Positions 38,895 through 50,997 of a DNA stretch of 64,000 nucleotides are shown here, in pieces. The notes under the pieces were generated by a model that was not told the DNA's origin, searched no databases, and saw nothing but the letters and a program-made list of their open reading frames with translations. The translations under genes and the position numbers were made by a program. How positions within the stretch are numbered: position 1 is the stretch's first letter; every line of letters begins with the position of its first letter. The stretch comes from Lama glama (taxonomy: Eukaryota). The stretch is taken from assembly GCA_028534125.1 (NCBI GenBank), contig CM052829.1, positions 18,662,001 to 18,726,000 of the forward strand. Direction: 5' to 3'.

Positions 38895-39900
38895 ACAGAG
38901 ATGGCTACAATCAATGGAACAGAATAGAGTCTAGAAATAGACTAACACAAATTAGACAAATGATCTTTGACAAAGGGGCAAATGCAATATAGTGGAGAAA
39001 GAATAACCTTTTTCATAAATGTTTTTGGAACAACTGGACTTCCATATATCAAAAAAAAGAAAATAAATTTGGATCCGTATCTTGCACCTTAGTAAAAAAA
39101 AAATTCAAAATGGAGCATAGATCTAAATGTAAAAACCTAAAACAATTAGAATCCTAGGAGAAAACATAAGTGGAAATCTTTGTGATCTTAGTTTAAGCAA
39201 AGATTCCTTAGATATGACACCAAAAGCATTATCCATAAAAGAAAAAAAAAAAGGAAATGCCAGACTTCATTAAAAGAGAATGAAAGACAAGCCACAGACT
39301 GGCAGGAAATATCTGTCAATCAGATATCTGATGATGAAGTTCTATCCAGAATATTTAAAGAACTCTGAAAACTCAGCAATAAGAAATAAATAATTCAATT
39401 TTTGTAAATGGGCCAAAGTTCTCAACAGACACTGCACAGCTAATTGGTATATGAAAAGATGCTCAACATCATTAGTCATTAGAGGAATACAAGTTAAAAC
39501 AACAATAGGATACGACTACACACCTATTACAATGGTTAAAATTTAAGGACTGACCATACCAAGTGTTGGCAAGGACACGGCAGAATGAGAATTCTCATAA
39601 ACTGTTAATGGGAATGTGAAATATTTGGAAAACATCTTGACAGTTTCTTAAGAAGTTAAACAGATGCCAGCCACATGGTCCAGACATTTTACTCCTAGGT
39701 ATTTACCCAAGAAAATAAAAGCATATATCCCTTCAAAGACCTGTATGTGAATGTTCATAGCTTTATTTGTAATAATCAGAAACTGCAATAATGTCCATCA
39801 ACATTATTTTTCATCCATCAACAGGTGAATGGACGAAAAATAAAATACAATCAATATTGACAAATAATGAACTCCTGATGCATGTGACAACACAAAACAG
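38895..39900 (+). mobile_element. L1M ORF2 3' third (degenerate)
   Basis: 'atcaatggaacagaatagagtctagaaatagac...tgatctttgacaaaggggcaaa...gaaaagatgctcaacatcattagtcattag...ctcctaggtatttacccaag'. Confidence 0.85.
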
Positions 39901-39959
39901 TATTTGTATCCATGGAAAGTGTTTTACAGCTTGCTAATGCTACATTTCCTAATGTGTGG

Positions 39960-40327
39960 TGCTATGGGACTGAATGTTTGTGTCCCTCTTAAAACTTACT
40001 TGTTGAAGCCCTAATTCCCAATGGGATGGTATTCGGAGGTAAGAGTCTTTGGGAGACAATCAGGTCATGAGAGTATATCCCTCATGAATGGGATTAGTGC
40101 CTTTTTAAAAAAAGACACAAAAGAGATGATCTCTGTCTCTGCCATGTAAGGCTACAGTAAGACGGCATCCTTCTGCAAATCAACAAGAGGATGGAGCCAG
40201 GAACTGAGGCAGGCTGCACCTTGATCTTGGACTTCCCAGCTTCCAAAACTGAAAATAAACTTCTGTTTTTTTTTAACCCATCCAGTCTATGGTATTTTTG
40301 TTGCAGCAGCCAGAATTGACTAAGCTA
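39960..40327 (+). mobile_element. MLT1A0-like solo LTR
   Basis: Starts tgctatgggactgaatgtttgtgtccc; contains 'caccttgatcttggacttcccagc'; 5-bp TSD tgtgg/tatgg. Confidence 0.88.
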
Positions 40328-40390
40328 TATGGATAAGAGTCATCTCATGATAATGTAACTGTTATTTTGTAATGCAAATATAGTCTAGAC

Positions 40391-40610
40391 CACGGGTGAC
40401 AAACTCTTTATATGAAGGGGCAGAGTAAATACTTTAGACTTAGCAGGCTATATTGTTGTTGTCACAACTATTCAGTTCTGACCTTACAGCCCCCAAACAA
40501 CCACAGACAATACATGAACAAATGAGGATGGCAATGATCCAATAAAACTTTATTTACAAAAACAGACAGTGAGTGGATTTGGCCCACAGGAATTAGTCTA
40601 CTGACCTCTG
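40391..40610 (+). mobile_element. MER58A hAT-Charlie MITE
   Basis: TIRs cacgggtgacaaact...ctactgacctctg; 'ccaataaaactttatttacaaaaacag'; 8-bp TSD gtctagac/gtttagac. Confidence 0.9.
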
Positions 40611-40852
40611 GTTTAGACTAGTAGCCCTGGTGTGAGTCTTTTAAACTTCCCCCAGATTGGTATGCTGGGTCTGGGTCCTACTGGCTGTCTTCCTATCCCA
40701 TTGATCCTGGATATCAGGAAAGACATCAGTGGAGATCAGCCATCTCTGTGGTGCCAAGAAGCCTACATACTTAGAGTTATCTGGGGACTCTTCCAGTGTC
40801 AGTGAACAGGTTTTTTTTTTATCTCACAAGATGCCAAAAGTCCATGAGAAAT

Positions 40853-41368
40853 GTGATGAATTAAATATGACTGCCATTTTTTTTTTTTGTCACTACTATA
40901 GAGAGGTGGTTTATTTCTGCTTGCCTTGAATCTGGGCTGGCCCTGTGACTTCTTTAACCTATGTGATGGAAGTGATACTATACCAGTTCTGTGCCTAAGC
41001 CTTAAGAAGCCCCTAGAATAGTCTGTCTTTATAATTTTGGGAGACTTCAGACACCATGTAAATCATCTTCTTACCCTATGAAGATACCATAGGGTAACAA
41101 GGGGAGATGACATGGTAAACACACATGAAGAGCTAGAGGTCCTGAGACTAGACAGAGGCCCAACCATGCCAGCATCCAAAGTTAAGTTCTGCCTTTCACC
41201 TATCGCTACTGAGGCAGCAGAGTGGGCCATCTTGGGTGTTCTAGCCAAGTAAAGCCACATGTGACTGCAGACTCAGCTAACATTACGTGAAATGGAATTG
41301 CCAGATGATCTCAGTCAACCAATATAATAAAATTGTTTTAAATTACTAAGTTTAGTTAACTGAAACAA
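40853..41368 (+). mobile_element. MaLR LTR (MLT1F/G-like)
   Basis: 'ccttgaatctgggctggccctgtgactt...ccagttctgtgcctaagccttaagaagcc...gccatcttgg...ttgttttaaattactaagtttt...aactgaaaca'. Confidence 0.7.
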
Positions 41369-41417
41369 GAAGATAAGAACATTGAATGAGAACCCTGAGT
41401 GAAAGAATTAGAGTAGA

Positions 41418-41680
41418 ACTGTGATTCTCAAAGTAGGTTCTATGAGATGTGTATAGGTGTCCACAAAGTAACAGCACAAGGGTTTCATGCTCAAGTGAGA
41501 TTGAAACTATTTTGTGAGTCCAGATTAAATACTTTTATTTATTGCAGAATTTCTCAGAGGCTTTAACATGCACATTTAATAATAAACATTATGAAACTCC
41601 AAGAGGAGGATGTAAAATTTGCCTGTGACTTTTCTTTTAAGGTGTACTTATTCGAATCTTGAGAAAGAATTCCCAGAAGA
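41418..41680 (+). mobile_element. Possible hAT-Charlie DNA element fragment
   Basis: Begins 'ctgtgattctcaaagtaggtt', a Charlie-type TIR; subfamily uncertain. Confidence 0.4.
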
Positions 41681-42589
41681 TATAACATCTAAGCTGTGTC
41701 CTGGCCAAGAGATAAAGTCTGGAAGATGCTGGACAAGATGGTCTTATTTTCAGCTCCAAAATGTCATTATCTAGAATCTATTATGAAACGGTCTGTCTTA
41801 ACATTATTAGATCTCTAACACAAGAAGCAGAGCAAGTACATGGAGTTCCTGGTGGATATCCACATCTCTCATACAGCATTCACTCAGTTCTACTCACTAT
41901 GGATGAGTAGAAGGCTTCTGCTTTAAGTCTCCCAAATACTTCTGACCTCGCATTCCTAATCATTGTCTTGAAATGAAAAATGACCACTGAGGATGGAAAA
42001 AAATAAGCCTCAAATAATGATTCCAGGAGGTGAGACCTCAGCAAAAACTTTATACAAACTAAGCTTGTCTCCTTTGCTATCATATTTCAAAATAATATCA
42101 TCTCTCCAATGACTCTGGTCCCTCAGTCTGAAACTGGGCTCAATTGGGTTTTCTTTTGCGAAATAATAAAAACAAAAGTGAAAACAGCTTAACACTACCC
42201 AGTCTCATTTATTCATTAGGATATTATCTTACTAAACCAAATTTCTTGAGTTAGTTGTCCCCACAGTTTGCATTTCTCTCCTCTCTTCCCATTTATTCCA
42301 CAATCTACTGTAATTTGGCTTTCTCCTCTTACTCTCAATTACTTACAAAAGTGGCATCTGTTTCCAGGTAATCTCGTCCAATCCCAAACTTTCAGCTCCT
42401 ACCTGCATACAATATGACTGACAGTAAGCAGTGTTCCTATTACTTATACTCCAGCCTACCTTCTGCCCATACCATAAGCCCAATACTCATATTCCAGACT
42501 TATTTTTGTCAATTGTCTATTTCTACCTGAATGCCACACAGATGTAAAGAAACTCTGCCACCCCCAACAATATTAAACCTGTTCAATTA

Positions 42590-43070
42590 CTAATTCATTG
42601 ATTCAACTAATATCTGTTTAGCACCACTCTGGGTGAAGAATTTTGCTGGACATTAGATTCTGACTGTGACCAGAGCTCTGTCCTTGGAAACTTATGGTCT
42701 AGTGGGGGAGATAGAGAAATAATCAGAGATAAAAACCAAGCTTTACCACTTACAGGGGAAAACACAAGTTTCTGCAGGAACACCAATAGAAATAGTCTTC
42801 ATTCAGTCTTGCTAGTGGAGATGAGGGTTGGAGAAGGGTGGTGTAAAGCCTCCCCAGGATAAAAATGACTAAGTCACATCTTTATGGATGGATGGGGCAG
42901 ATGAAGGAGCAGGAAAGAGCAGTCAGCCAGAGGAAGGGTCCTGTAGGGAGACTCACAGGGAAGAGACTGAGTCACATACCCATGGACAGCAAGTCATTCT
43001 GTGTGGCTGGACCAGTGAATGATGGCAGATGAGAAGCCATGGGAGAGCAGTACAGGTGGAGGAAGAGCTG
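42590..43070 (-). mobile_element. L2 3' region
   Basis: 'attcattgattcaactaatatctgtttagcacc...tgtccttggaaacttatggtctagtgggggagatag'. Confidence 0.7.
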
Positions 43071-43149
43071 CCTTTACAGCACCCAGATTCACTGACCACT
43101 TTGGTATTGCACATGTTTTCTTTTTGTAGATAGAATATTTTAAATATGT

Positions 43150-43730
43150 ATGCCATGTTTCTAATAAAGTTAAACATGCTTCTACCCTGTGACCCAGCAA
43201 TTCTATTCTCAGGTATTTACCCAAGAGAAAGGAAAATATATTATGTCCACACAAAGACTTGTACAAGAATGTTCAAAGCAACCTTAGTCATAATAGCTCC
43301 AAACTGGAAAGAACCTAAATGTCTGTCAATGGGAGGATGAATATACAAATTATGGACTATTTATACAATGGAATAATACTCAGTAATAAAACAGAGCAAG
43401 TTACCAAAACACACAACATGGTTGATCCTCAAAATTACTATGCAGAGCAAAATAAGATAGACACAGATTACCTACTGTATGATTCCATTTATATAAAGTC
43501 TGAGAACAGGTGAAATATATTATGGTAATAGAAATCAGAAAATGGTTACTGTGGATGTCAGGGTGGATGGGGAGAGGGATATTGACAGGAAAGAGAAAAA
43601 GGAAATTTCCTGGAAATATTCTCTCTCCTGTTTTAGGTGGTGGTTCCATGGGTTTATTCAAAACTCACTGAGTTAAACACTGTAATATGTGCATTTTACT
43701 GAATGGTAATTATACTTCCATTTTTAAAAT
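43150..43730 (+). mobile_element. L1M (MC/MD/ME-like) ORF2 end plus 3' UTR
   Basis: ORF 43146..43340 translates as LPCDPAILFSGIYPRE..VHTKTCTRMFKATLVIIAPNWKEPKC, the L1 ORF2p C-terminus; 3' UTR ends 'gtgcattttactgaatggtaattatacttcca'. Confidence 0.88.
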
Positions 43731-43759
43731 GCCAACAAGAATATTTCTTTCAAGAGTCT

Positions 43760-44900
43760 GAGGGTAACAACACTGTTTGCCCATAGTGAAGTTGCTCAAG
43801 TCTTGCAGTGTGATTCATTGCAATAAAAACAAACAAGGTGTAAAAAGGTTATTCAAAAATGATAAAGTAAACATTCTTCATTTTAACTGCAATTTTGATA
43901 GATGTTTTGGAACTTTTCAATTAAACATCCCTAAGAAATCAATGATTTCTGATCTAGACATACAGAAAGAGTACTTCTTTAACCCATGAATTAGTTTATT
44001 AAAACACTGAGAAAAAAAGTCCAGATGAAAATTAATAGAATATACAAGAAAACTGAGTGAGAAAATCGATGGAAATTATTTTGAAATCAAGAAGAGTAAA
44101 ACTTTTTTTTTCCAGGTAATACAAAGAGCAGTAATTCATTAAGAGGAAGAGACAAATTTTGAACTAAAGAACTGAATAGGCTCCTTATTCTTCAATAATC
44201 TGATCAATGAAGAGCAGTGAACCCCATGAATTTACTAGAAAAATATTTAAATTTCTTTCAGATTAGATACACAACACTGGCTTTGATATAGATAAAATCA
44301 AATTCACAACATATCATTACAATGAGGACACCACTGACAAGCTGATTCACAAGTATCATCAATTCAAAGAGTATTTAAAATTATTCACACACCAGAAAAT
44401 CTGCAGTGCCCTGAAATCTTACAGCTCTTACAGCTTATGTACAAAAGAAACTTGATTGAGGTTTTTCTCTACTTGAGAACAATTCTGAAAATTTACTTTT
44501 AATTACGAACAAGTTGTGGGACAGAAAGAAAAGAAATTTTGAAAAAGCATCAAGAGGAATGACCGAATTATCTTTCTATTTTCTCCACTGGAAATGATAT
44601 AACAAAATTCTTACCATGTGGTCAACAATATGCAACCAAAATGTAGGACATATCGTGTCTTAGATGTGAATCAGGCCATTAATTAATAAAACAAATAGTT
44701 TTTCCCCTTAGGTTTTGTGATGTTCTAGAATTTGTCAGAATTTTAAAACATGTAATTAGCTGTCATTTCTTTTCTCTCTGCAATAAATGTTCACGTTCAT
44801 TCTCAATTTTGTATTTGTAATTTTACATTACTTTTCTTAAAATGCAGATCCAAAATTACATTAAAGTAAGTAATGCCCCAGCATGCCTAGAGCCACCTGC
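43760..44900 (+). mobile_element. hAT-Tip100 (Zaphod-like) DNA transposon, decayed transposase C-terminus and 3' end
   Basis: Manual translation gives NLIEVFLYLRTILKIY from 44449 and EE*PNYLSIFSTGNDITKFLP from 44554, resembling the hAT dimerisation domain (..ERLNYLSILSIE..). Confidence 0.65.
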
Positions 44901-44904
44901 ATTC

Positions 44905-45020
44905 TTTTAGATTATGCATTCCTCAAGGGCAGGAGCTGGGATCTTCTTCTCTCTGTATTCCTGTCAAGGTGCCTGACAAAAAAATAGGAGCTTAACAAAT
45001 ATATGTGCAATTAAATGGAA
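44905..45020 (+). mobile_element. L2 3' terminus
   Basis: 'tcctcaagggcaggagctgg...tctctgtattcc...gtgcctgac...taggagcttaacaaatatatg'. Confidence 0.65.
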
Positions 45021-46129
45021 TGGGGGCAAATAATCCGATAGTTTAGTATAAAGCAAAATTTCAGTGATGGAGGGGACAGTGCAGACACATCAGATCACAA
45101 CCTAAATTCTCTCCAGGGAATTGATATCCTTTTACTTCTCGAGACACTGGCCTGCAAGATCCCAATTTCTAATAAAGTTTATCCAATCCAGCCCTCCTGT
45201 AACTTCACCCCTCCTGGATCCAAGTGCTACTCAGTTAAGATTAAAAATTGAATATAGGATTCTGTACATTGCCTTATCTCTAACTTTCTTGTAAGAACAT
45301 AAACTCAGCACCTTCCTGGTTTCATAGTATTTTGGGAAAAATAGTATAAATGAGTAAGGTCTGAGCCTTTGCTGTAAATTCAACTATACCAGAATAGTTT
45401 AGTTATCTACCTTTGCATTGCAAATTCAATGAAAACAGTTTTATAATGCAATTAAAATGATAGGCATTGTAAGTCCCAGGTTGCTAAGTGAACTGGAGTT
45501 ACTTGTTAATTTTCACAATCAGAAATAGAAATGGTACAGTTACCAGAATATGGGTTTGCATGAGAAGCTGTCTAGTCAGGCAGCACTACCATTATTCCAT
45601 CCCAACAGATGTGATCCTATTTTTAAAGACTTCTGGGAAAGGAGATTCCCTCACCTCCCTTAGCAACCCGTTCTGATGTTTAACAACACTGGCTGCCAGG
45701 GATGCTGGTTCTCTGAGCCTGGCTGGAGTATTTTTACATTTCTATGTGTTGGTGTTTTTCCTTGTTCCCATTTCCTCCTTCAGTATTTATTTTATCCCCT
45801 CCCTTCTTTGCCTTTTTTTCCATTAATTTTGCTTGTAGACATTATTTTTTTTTTGCAAATAAAAACAGAATTTAAAATTGCCCCAAATTTAAAAACAAAA
45901 GCAAAATGAGTAGAATATTAATTTAGGGGTCACACATACTTGGGATGGAAATGACTTTTAACTTAAATTTTATACAAATGGTACACAGGCATTTGAAAAT
46001 CTGTTCCCATCTGCATCTTCTAGACATTTGTGAACTTGGCTGAGTTGAGAATGTAAACCATTTTATGGAAATACATTACATCTTGGTAGTTTTAAACATT
46101 CAAAAATATTTATGATTTTGTTTTAGTTT

Positions 46130-46260
46130 TTAGTCTCTCCTGAATGTTCTCCAAATTTCCGTATTTTTCCTTAAGTTGATGAGTTCTGAACTGGACATGA
46201 AACACTAACTGAGGTCTGGATAGTGCTAAACATCTTGGGCAGAACACTTCCCATTTCTGC
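46130..46260 (-). mobile_element. L3/CR1 LINE fragment
   Basis: 'ttccttaagttgatgagttctgaactggaca...tgaggtctggatagtgc...aacacttccc' resembles antisense CR1 RT. Confidence 0.4.
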
Positions 46261-48424
46261 CTTGTTAATTTACAGTGTTTGCCTGTGAATCTATCAATAC
46301 ATCTATGTAGCTGACCAATAATGCTACATCCAGCTGGCCAATTCTCATAGGAGAAATGTGATTTGACAGATGCCTGGAAAATAGTGTTGTTTTGAAATAG
46401 TTCTCATTATTGGGTACCTGACGACTTGAAATTCCACTGGCGGTGATTTATTTGATTGGAACTGTTTCTTTGTGGGCTGTTTGAAAATGGAAGCACTTCC
46501 TAGAATTATAAGACTTCAATCAATTTAGCCCAAGAAATCAGCAACTGGCCAGAAGCACTAGGTATCTGGTAAATGGCTGGGAGGGGAGAGACCAAGACAG
46601 AGGGCGACCAGTTGGCTCTGGACTGTCTTGGTTCTTGCCAGCTGCCCTGGCTTCTTTACTCATAGCTTCTCCTTTCAGTCTCAAATGTATGATCACCCCA
46701 GTAGAGTCAGTGAAAGGGGGATGTGGTTACTGAGTGCATTTGTGGGGAGTCTGAGAGGACTTTAGAGCCCTTACCCCTGGACTGAAAGCTCTGCTCTCCT
46801 TGCTGGCTGGGTGCCTCTGGGGAGATTCTTTGACTTCTCTTACTCTCAGCTTCCCCATAGATCAACAAGGCCCTTATAGTAACTCTCTTTTGGATACATT
46901 TAGTAATGAATGCTGCCGCCATTGTTATTGGAGACTCCTGTTTGCTCAGGCTTGGCATTTCTACACTACTCAGATCTACCACGACAGACACTTTTCTACT
47001 CTGGATTCACTATCTTGTTATTTGCATTTCATTTCTAATTGTCTTCCTAAATTTTACCCTTTTGAATATTCTTTAAACACACCAAGAAACTGATCACCCT
47101 TACCATCTGTTTAGCACTAACTTTCGCCTTCATCTCTTTATTGCCTACAGTTCTGTGTGTATTTACTCTGTCCTTCCTACCTTATTGTAAGTTTCTTGAA
47201 AGCAGTAAGACTCAACTTGCCTTTCCCTGGAACCTAGAACAATGTAAAGAATGATAAAGAATTGCCAGATCCATGTGGCTTCGCTGAGTTAAAACCCCAG
47301 GCTATTTAGCACTCTTAGCTTCATTCTCAAATTGTTTTACCTGAGGATGAATGGTGCAAAAATGACTGCCATCTTGTAGAGGGTGCCTAACAGCTTATAA
47401 GAGAGCCACGCATTCTTAGAGAGGGTAGGAGGTGTATCCTCCAGGACTGAGATCCAAAGTAAAAACAACTTTGATAGTGACGCTTTCTTTGCAATGCAAA
47501 CTAAGAAAATGAGTCTGCCTTGAACTAGAGGAAACTTCTACAGAGTCTGAGCTGTGTCTCCATGGTTCACTGGGTTCTTAGCCTTCTCGTGAGGCCTGCC
47601 AATCAAGGTACTTGGGAGAGTGCTTTTTTGGCAGACGAGCCCTGACTACTTGAAATGAGGCAGGCATNNNNNNNNNNNNNNNNNNNNNNNNNNNNNNNNN
47701 NNNNNNNNNNNNNNNNNNNNNNNNNNNNNNNNNNNNNNNNNNNNNNNNNNNNNNNNNNNNNNNNNNNNNNNNNNNNNNNNNNNNNNNNNNNNNNNNNNNN
47801 NNNNNNNNNNNNNNNTGAAGTATAAATTTTAGTTGCTATTTATAACACACTCACCGGTTCATTTGGCTTAACTGGCTTATCTAATTGTGCGTAGCCTTTC
47901 ACAAAAAGCTTAGAGAGAGTGGGGAAGTGACCTGTGCAAATCACAGTTCTGGATAAATCAAAACTTTTCTTCAAGTGCCAGTTAAACATTAGCATGCTTG
48001 AGTTACTTGATGAAATTATGTTTCACTTCAAATAGTTTGAAGCAGGAAACTCTCTCCAAGTAGATTTAGTGAACTTGGACAGTATGCATGGGATTTGAGT
48101 GCTCCACTATTTCAGAACGAAAGTGCTCACAAAAAGTGCTCATAATCAGGCTCACAGAAAGAGAGGGTGGTAATAAGTGGGTAAATCAATTCCTTAAAAC
48201 ACTGATACCAAAAGAAAAAATGAAGATGTTAGCAGATTGGGGAATCTTCCCTGGGAAATCTCTATTTCTAACCGAGAAGTGAATGAGTTCAGTCTTGAAG
48301 ACCTGTCAAGGAGGAAAATCTTGGTAACTCTGGCACTGATTCTGTAAAGAAGAGCTAATATAATCAATCTGATATTGAAGGTTTTATGGCTGCCACACTA
48401 TTTGCCAGTGTTGTCTTTCTTCTT

Positions 48425-48910
48425 TATCAACAGCAGTATGTATGTGCCAGGCCAGGCAATGTTCTTAGAATCTCTACCTGTCTTAGTTCATTTGATCCTC
48501 TCAAAAATTCTACCAGATAGGTGCTCTTAGGTATGTCTATTATAAAGAAGAGGAAACTGAGATAGCAGAGATTGTAAAACTACTGGAGCTGAAAGGAAAC
48601 TGAGGGCTCGCCTCGTTCAAGTCTGTTTGTAAATGAGAATATGTAGACTCAGAGAGATTAATGTCTCGCTCAAAGTCACAAAAAAAGTTAGGGGACAAAC
48701 CACAAATATTTATACAAGCGATCAGTATATATTAAGTGCATACTGTAGCCCCTTACCCCTTACTTACCCTTATTTATTTCACACTGTGAAATAAATACTT
48801 TTGTCCCAATTTTGCAGGAAAATAGGCTCCTAGAGATGTTAAGGTATTTGCACAAATCACCGTCAGGTAAATGAGGGTTTGGGGATTTGGACTTGGGTCT
48901 TTCACTCTAC
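48425..48910 (-). mobile_element. Cluster of about three MIR fragments
   Basis: Repeated MIR cores: 'gaagaggaaactgagatagcagag', 'aaatgagaatatgtagactcagagagattaatgtctcgctcaaagtcaca', 'ggctcctagagatgttaaggtatttgcacaaatcac'. Confidence 0.7.
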
Positions 48911-50289
48911 TCAACAATATGAGTTGACTGCCTTTCTAGTAGGACCACCTCTCCTCTGCGTCTTCCCTGCACTGGGTGGCCTTCTACTTACACTGTAAGC
49001 AGCTGCATGTTAATCACTGCCATGTTAGGTCTCATGAAGGAAGAAGAAGTTCGTGAGATCCTGGAATGATTGAAGAAATAAGTGAAGCACCAGAAACAGT
49101 AAGAAGTTTCCAAGTTTTTCTACATAAAATAAATCTCCATGATAATGGAAAATTCTACCATGTAACTTTATGCTTTCAGACATCCTGATATTTAAAATCA
49201 TGCACATTTTCTTCATTTCTACTTTTAAGATTTTTGGGGGCATTTTGCAAACACTACCACTGTAGTTATATAAATGCAACGAACCTAGTGGTGAAATCTT
49301 TCATTGAGAATTTAAACTCCAGTGCAAGTTGTCTTGATTTTTTTTCCTTCCTCAGATTTTACCCAGATCATGACATTTAATATTTCCCACCATGTATATT
49401 TCACTGTCTTTAACAAAAAGTAACTTCATGGTTTTATTTAATAAAGGATGTTTTAAAGGTGACAACTGGCTACTTGTTTTTAGCATATATTTAAGTTTCT
49501 ATACATTTGGATCAATGAGTATTATTAGAAATGCTTTTTAAAATGAGAAATACACATAATTTACTAAAGAGACTTTACATAATCACTTGTTTTTTCTAGT
49601 TACGTGAACATAAAAGTGTTGGTTTTCTAAGCTGCCCAGCGAAATATCACAATTTCTGTGTAAAGGAGAAAAACTGAAAAATTAGATTTTCAAGAGCAAA
49701 GTAAATCGGGAGTTGCTTCATTCACATGGAGATGTCCTTTGAACTTGTTAAGTAGCCGCTAATAAGAGAAAGGTACCCTGTTCCGATATTCAGAATGCTA
49801 TTGTTTTTACTCGTCCACTCTGATAGCACCATGCATGTTCTGAGACAAGCTGGGGGTGGTGACCAAGGGCTTCATTTACCTGCAGTCAGAAGTGCCCGTA
49901 ATGGGCTGGCAGGGCTGTGGGCCGCATTATATGTTTCCTAGTTCTCTCTAATTAGCCATAGAAAAATGTGAAGAATAGCACCCACATTATCCAGATTCTC
50001 TTAGGATTCGCTACCCTAAACACTATTTTCCTTTTGTTATGTTTGATATGTGTGTAATTATGCTTTCAGAAAGCCCTCTGCTTTGGAATTTCATCCTTGC
50101 TGACCTGCCACCCAGTTGCAAGTCGTATCCAGCAGCCACTACTTATTTACTAAATATAGGTTCTTCATGGGAAAAGTTTTAAAAATTAATCAATAGAATA
50201 CAGCAGATATGTATATATATACACACACATACTCACTTTTAATCACCAATGTCCATCCCCTTTTTGCAAGTCACCTATCCCATAAAGGA

Positions 50290-50770
50290 ATTATCCCCTG
50301 GCTCCTGGTTGCTTCTCTGACACCATCTCTCACGTCTTTCTCCCCGCGTCCCCACCTCTCATGTCCAGACACGCTGGGCCTTTCGGTTCCTCTTGGCACC
50401 GAGCTTCTTTTTGTCTCAGGGATTTTACACTTTCAGTTCTCTCTTCCTGGGGCTGTCTCTTCCTGCTCTTCATCAGTCAGTTCTCAGCCCAAATGTCAAC
50501 TCTACAGATACTCCCCACCCCCATCCAATATTTCTTTACCTTATCTATTTACTGTCTAACAACTACCTTGTTTATTCCTCATGATTTTTCTGTGATTTCC
50601 AACTGTCTTGTTAATTTATGTACTACCAGTTCCCCAACTAGAACGTGAGCCCCACAGGGCCCAGAGGCCTCATGTGCTCTGTCTTTCCCTGTATCTCCAG
50701 CTACCAAAAAGTGCCCTGCACATGGGCACTCGATACATTAATTTTTGGAACAAATAACTAGATGGATAGA
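50290..50770 (+). mobile_element. L2a 3' region
   Basis: 'tctcagcccaaatgtca...ccccaactagaacgtgagccccacagggc...ctgtatctccagc...gtgccctgcacatgggcactcgatacatt'. Confidence 0.8.
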
Positions 50771-50799
50771 TAACAGATGTCTTCCCTCAAAAACTAATC

Positions 50800-50997
50800 T
50801 GTGCAGATAGAAGTTAAAATGCTGATTACCTTGAAGGTATATTAACTGGGAAGGGTCACAAGGGGCATTCTGAAGCATTTCAAATATTCTCCATCTTGTA
50901 GCAGTTACACAAACACACATGTACATATACAAAAAAGTTATCTAGTTTTGCACTTATGATTTGTTCATTTTGTGTGCCTAAGTTTAAAAAAAAAAAT
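50800..50997 (+). mobile_element. L1ME-like 3' terminus with poly(A)
   Basis: 'aactgggaagggtcacaaggggcattctg...aaatattctccatcttg...gcacttatgatttgttcattt...aaaaaaaaaaa'. Confidence 0.7.
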
